Shown here: positions 60,069 to 64,000 of the stretch, piece by piece
How positions within the stretch are numbered: the stretch's first letter is position 1
Layout: the number at the start of each line of letters is the position of its first letter
Assembly (NCBI GenBank): GCA_002269645.1
Contig: NIVC01000001.1
Location: 2,294,001 to 2,358,000, forward strand
From: Macrostomum lignano
Taxonomy: Eukaryota
DNA: 64,000 nt
Reading direction: 5' to 3'
Notes under the pieces: model-generated
Told to the model about the DNA's origin: nothing
Database searches by the model: none
The model's input: only the letters and a program-made list of their open reading frames with translations
Translations under genes and position numbers: made by a program

Positions 60069-61394
60069 TATAGGCTAGCTTGTATACAGTTGTCCCGGCA
60101 TGGTAAATAAAAATTCAGATCTGGTTCAAGAAAATCGACAAAAGTACTAAAAAACTTCTGGTTTCCGACCCTTGCCAAAGCTGAAAAACTTTAAAACCAC
60201 GTAAATATATAAAATGGCATTTAACATTTCGAAATATACGTAAATCATATTGATAGTTAAACAAAAATTTACGACACTATAAACAAATAAAATGCTATTT
60301 GTCAAAAAGTTTTTTGACAGCAGTATTTTTTGCATTAAAATTTCTAAAAGTTATTTGTTGTACAGATTTAATAAAAATGGTGTTGTTAAGACAGCTTAAC
60401 ATGATTTTTTCTGACTTAATAACGGTGCCTCATATTATGAGCGCATATGAATCAACTGCAGCAAAAACAGTCAATGTCTTGTAATTTATTCCGCTCAAAT
60501 AACTAACTTTAAATTTTTAAATTTAAAACTTTAAATAAATATGTTTAAGTTTATAACATAAAAATAAATATTTCTCCATCTGTAAGTCGATCCAAAACAT
60601 TATACAATTTAATCTTAGAGATTGATTGGAGAGAAACTACTATAGCGTCTTCTAAAGCTGTAAAAGACTTACATGGGCGAAATGTTTTAAATCAGTTTTT
60701 GATATGAAATATATTGTAAAAGTGAGTATATAAAAATCAATCAAAACTTTCAAGGAACAACTGTATACTTATTTGTTCAATAGTATTAATTTCTCAGCAT
60801 TTAATATTGCATATAAATTATTAGAAATGATAAAAATAATCTATGATGTGCGACTAAATATATGCATGATATAATATAACATTAGAATATATTACTAGCG
60901 ATTATTTTTTAGCTATTTTTTATTATAAATACAATAAGTCAATAAATCTATATAATGCTGCATCTTCTAGGCAACCTGTAACTCGTCTACCAATAAGTAT
61001 TTCACACTTTTTCATTACAGTTTTTCATGTCCTAGCTTCAATATTGAGGTGTAAAAAAAACTTAGGTTTAAATTTTTTAATGCCTTGAAGTAACAAAAAG
61101 GAATTGTTGATATCAATGAACAGACACATTTTTTATATTCTAAACTGTATATCTTTTTGTAAATAAAAAAATTGTCTCGACAAATCTATCAATGCCAAAA
61201 TCCCGCATTCTTGATTTCATTATCTTCTTTATTTAGACCTTAAAGTTGAAAAGCTAAAGATGTTATTAAAAAAAGTTTGTTGTTCATAAACATTTCTACT
61301 ACTGTTACCATACTCCAAGCAGTAAGGACCTACTGGAGTCATTGTATTGTATTCTAATATTTTTATTTCTCGCCATTCAAAATTCTAATTTCAG

Positions 61395-63669
61395 GCTTGC
61401 TGCAACGGCTACGAAGGCGAAGCCGCCGAGCCCAAAGATCGGCTCCAAGCCTATCAAGCTGATGAACCAGGTGATTTAGAAGAACTGCTCTCAAAGAAGT
61501 TGCTATCCCCACCCAGCTTTTCCACTTTTCCTTCGTTTTTAGTTACGTTAGATCTATACCCTTCGGAAGTAAAAATAATTTGTTAAAAATAACGACTCCA
61601 GACTCGGCTGAGCAGCGCCAGCAGCCACAGCAATTCGATCAGACCCGGCACATCGCTGGCAGCTACCAGGCTTTGCTGAAGCGGCCCAAACAGCGGCTGC
61701 AGCGGAACTACCTGTCAATCAACAGGGAGGCGGCCAGGCTGGGCTATGCTTCCCTGCGCCAGGCCAGCGACTTCCGGGCTCTGCGCGGCGGCGCCTCCGG
61801 CCCCAGCTGCCCGCCTTCGGCCAATGGGGACTCCAACTTGTCGGCTGACGACGAGCTTCAGGCTCCGGCGGCTTCGAGGCAGCAGCAGATGACGAGACAG
61901 CTGCCCGTGCCAATGACCTACGGGGTCAGGACCCAGTGAGTCTTCACTTTGCTCACTTTTAGCTTGCCCCTGCTTTGGTGCCCTTCTGATTTTGGTCAGG
62001 GAGATTTTGGCCAGGGGTGATTTTGGTCAGGGTGATTTTGGTCAGGGGTGATTTTGGTCAGGGTGATTTTGGTCAGGGTGATTTTGGTCAAGGTGATTTG
62101 GTCAGGGTGATTTTGGTCAAGGTGATTTTGGTCAAGGTGATTTTGGTCAGGGTGATTTTGGTCAAGGTGATTTTGGTCAGGGTGATTTTGGTCAAGGTGA
62201 TTTGGTCAGGGTGATTTTGGTCAAGGTGATTTTGGTCAGGGTGATTTTGGTCAGGGTGATTTTGGTCAGAGTGATTTTGGTCAGGGTGATTTTGGTCAGG
62301 GTGATTTTGGTCAGGGTGATTTTGGTCAGGGTGATTTTGTTGACGGGTGATTTTGGTCAGGGTGATTTTGGTCAGGGTGATTTTGGTCAGGGTGATTTTG
62401 GTCAGGGTGATTTTGGTCAGGGTGATTTTGTTGACGGGTGATTTTGGTCAGGGTGATTTTGGTCAGAGTGATTTTTGTCGGCGATTTTTGTCAGGGTGAT
62501 TTTGGCCAGGGTGATTTTGGTCAGGGTGATTTTGGTCAGGAGTGATTTTGGTCAGGGTGATTTTAACCAGGGGTGATTTTATGTCAGGGTTGATTTTGGT
62601 CAGGGTGATTTTGGTCAAGGTGATTTTAACCAGGGGTGATTTTATGTCAGGGTGATTTTGGTCAGGGTGATTTTGGTCAGGGTGATTTTGGTCAGGGTGA
62701 TTTTGGTCAGGGTGATTTTGGCCAGGGGTGATTTTATGTCAGGGTGATTTTGGTCATAGGTGATTTTGGTCTGTGGTGATTTCGGTCAGGAGTGATTTCG
62801 GTCAGGAGTTACATGACTTTATGTCGGGGGTGATATTTGGTCGGATAATTATTTCTGCTAAATTTTAACTAAAGTTAACAAGAAACAAAGAAATCGTAAA
62901 CTTGGAAGTTACAAGAACAGAAAACGAACTTCCTTTCATCAAACTCCACTTTTCCAAACCCCGACAAGGTCTGGCGACCCGCTGCACGAGCTTCTGTCGA
63001 ACCGCTACTTCACCGAGTGGCAGCAGAGCCGTTTCGACCGACACAGCGTCAAGAGCGCCACCGACGCTGTCAGAGTGAGTCAGAAATTCCTATCGCCACC
63101 TTGGGCTGCTGAATTCGGTTGTTGACGTTCAATTATTGACTATTTGATTTGTTGCCCGAACTTTTAGTCGTTTCAGGGATTGTCCTTTTGCTTTATAATT
63201 TAGCTGACTGGCGTATGGTGCAAATGATTGATGCAATCAATCAATTTCTTTCACCATTCTCACACTCATTCTACACTACTGCTAGTAAAAGTATCATAAA
63301 ATTACACTCGGATTTTAAAACTTTATTTGTTAAACTTCAACTCACCTACTGCAAGTAGAAAAATGCGTTTTTCTACTATTTTTGTACCAAAAAACCTTCC
63401 AGCCGGACTTCACGCAGCCGACCATGACTCGGGCGGCGATGCTGCGCCAGCGTCTGCTGCCTGTGGACGCCTCTTACCCGTCGGCACTGCAGCCGCAGGC
63501 GCACCAGTTGCCATGGAGACTGGCTCGATTCGAACGGTCAGCCAGGCCGCAGCTGGACACGTTCCGCAGCGAGAGAGCGCGCCAGGCGGCCGTGGCAGCG
63601 TGGCGGGCCGAGCAGAGCCACCGTCAGGGCCCCGTGGGGCTGGGAATCTACGCTGCCAGTAGGCGCTAG
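61395..63669 (+). CDS. CFAP77: Cilia- and flagella-associated protein 77; exons 61395-61470, 61602-61935, 62969-63074, 63403-63669 (possible ATG-only first exon 60100-60102)
   Basis: Motifs RNYLSINREAARLG, LPVPMTYGVR, PLHELLSNRY, TRAAMLR, WRLARF and LDTFRSERARQAAVAAWRAEQSHRQGPVGLGIY match CFAP77 as I recall it (RNYIAMNRGAVKAG, LPPNMTFGIR, PFFDLLQHRY, TRSSQLR, LDTFPTEADRQRA...RQGTLRMGNY); junction phases 1, 2, 0 are consistent. Confidence 0.82.
61990..62810. repeat. 14-16-bp intronic minisatellite (GGTGATTTTGGTCAG)
   Basis: Direct reading; inside CFAP77 intron 61936-62968. Confidence 0.95.
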
Positions 63670-63894
63670 TTGCGGTAGAGAGGATAAAATCCCTTAGATA
63701 ATGGTAGGATTTTTCTGGCAGGTGATTGAAGGTAACTGAGGATTTTTTGTTTCAGTTTTTTTCAAAAATAAAATGTTAATGCTGACTGGCTTTTTATATT
63801 TGCTTTACTTATTGTTATTAAGTAATCTCCTGTGCATATTTCTGCTTTTAGGGGCAAATTTGTTTCGAGTTGAAGGAAAATTGTTTTTGTTGGA

Positions 63895-64000
63895 GGTTCC
63901 GGAATTGAATCATTTTTTATGGTTAATGAGTCACTCTGGAATTGAATCATTTGATTTTTAATGAGTCACTCCGGAATTGAATCATTTGATTTTTAATGAG
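63895..64000. repeat. 35-37-bp tandem repeat (GGAATTGAATCATTTGATTTTTAATGAGTCACTCC) running off the window edge
   Basis: Three units visible. Confidence 0.8.

Overview
Eukaryotic (metazoan) genomic DNA, not prokaryotic. It has GC-rich exons, GT-AG introns packed with minisatellites and TTAGGG tracts. This texture suggests a free-living flatworm such as Macrostomum (inference only). Most long ORFs in the six-frame track are translations of tandem repeats. Spliced gene models I can reconstruct by hand with phase-consistent junctions: an intronless DUF4062-NACHT/STAND NTPase with a Cys-rich C-terminus (-); a basigin/neuroplastin-like 2-Ig membrane protein (+); a BICRA/GLTSCR1-like Q-rich chromatin protein (-) with an unknown 154-aa antisense gene nested in one intron (+); three paralogous 4-exon secreted PAN/apple-like + fibrinogen-domain (FReD) genes with a mosaic pattern of exon identity; and CFAP77 (+). 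Mobile DNA: hAT and MULE-type MITEs, a foldback element, a deleted Merlin transposon with perfect TIRs/TSD, a 9-kb head-to-tail array of three non-autonomous Helitrons carrying different satellites and telomere-like repeats, a tRNA-derived SINE, a decayed DIRS/Ngaro tyrosine-recombinase retrotransposon, and an RTE LINE with an apparent twin-priming 5' inversion. Best candidates for new biology: the PAN-FReD cluster with exon-limited homogenisation, the Helitron/satellite array, the inverted (GACA)n/(TGTC)n arrays bracketing one BICRA exon, and the atypical NACHT protein. No CRISPR, rRNA or intact tRNA gene was seen.
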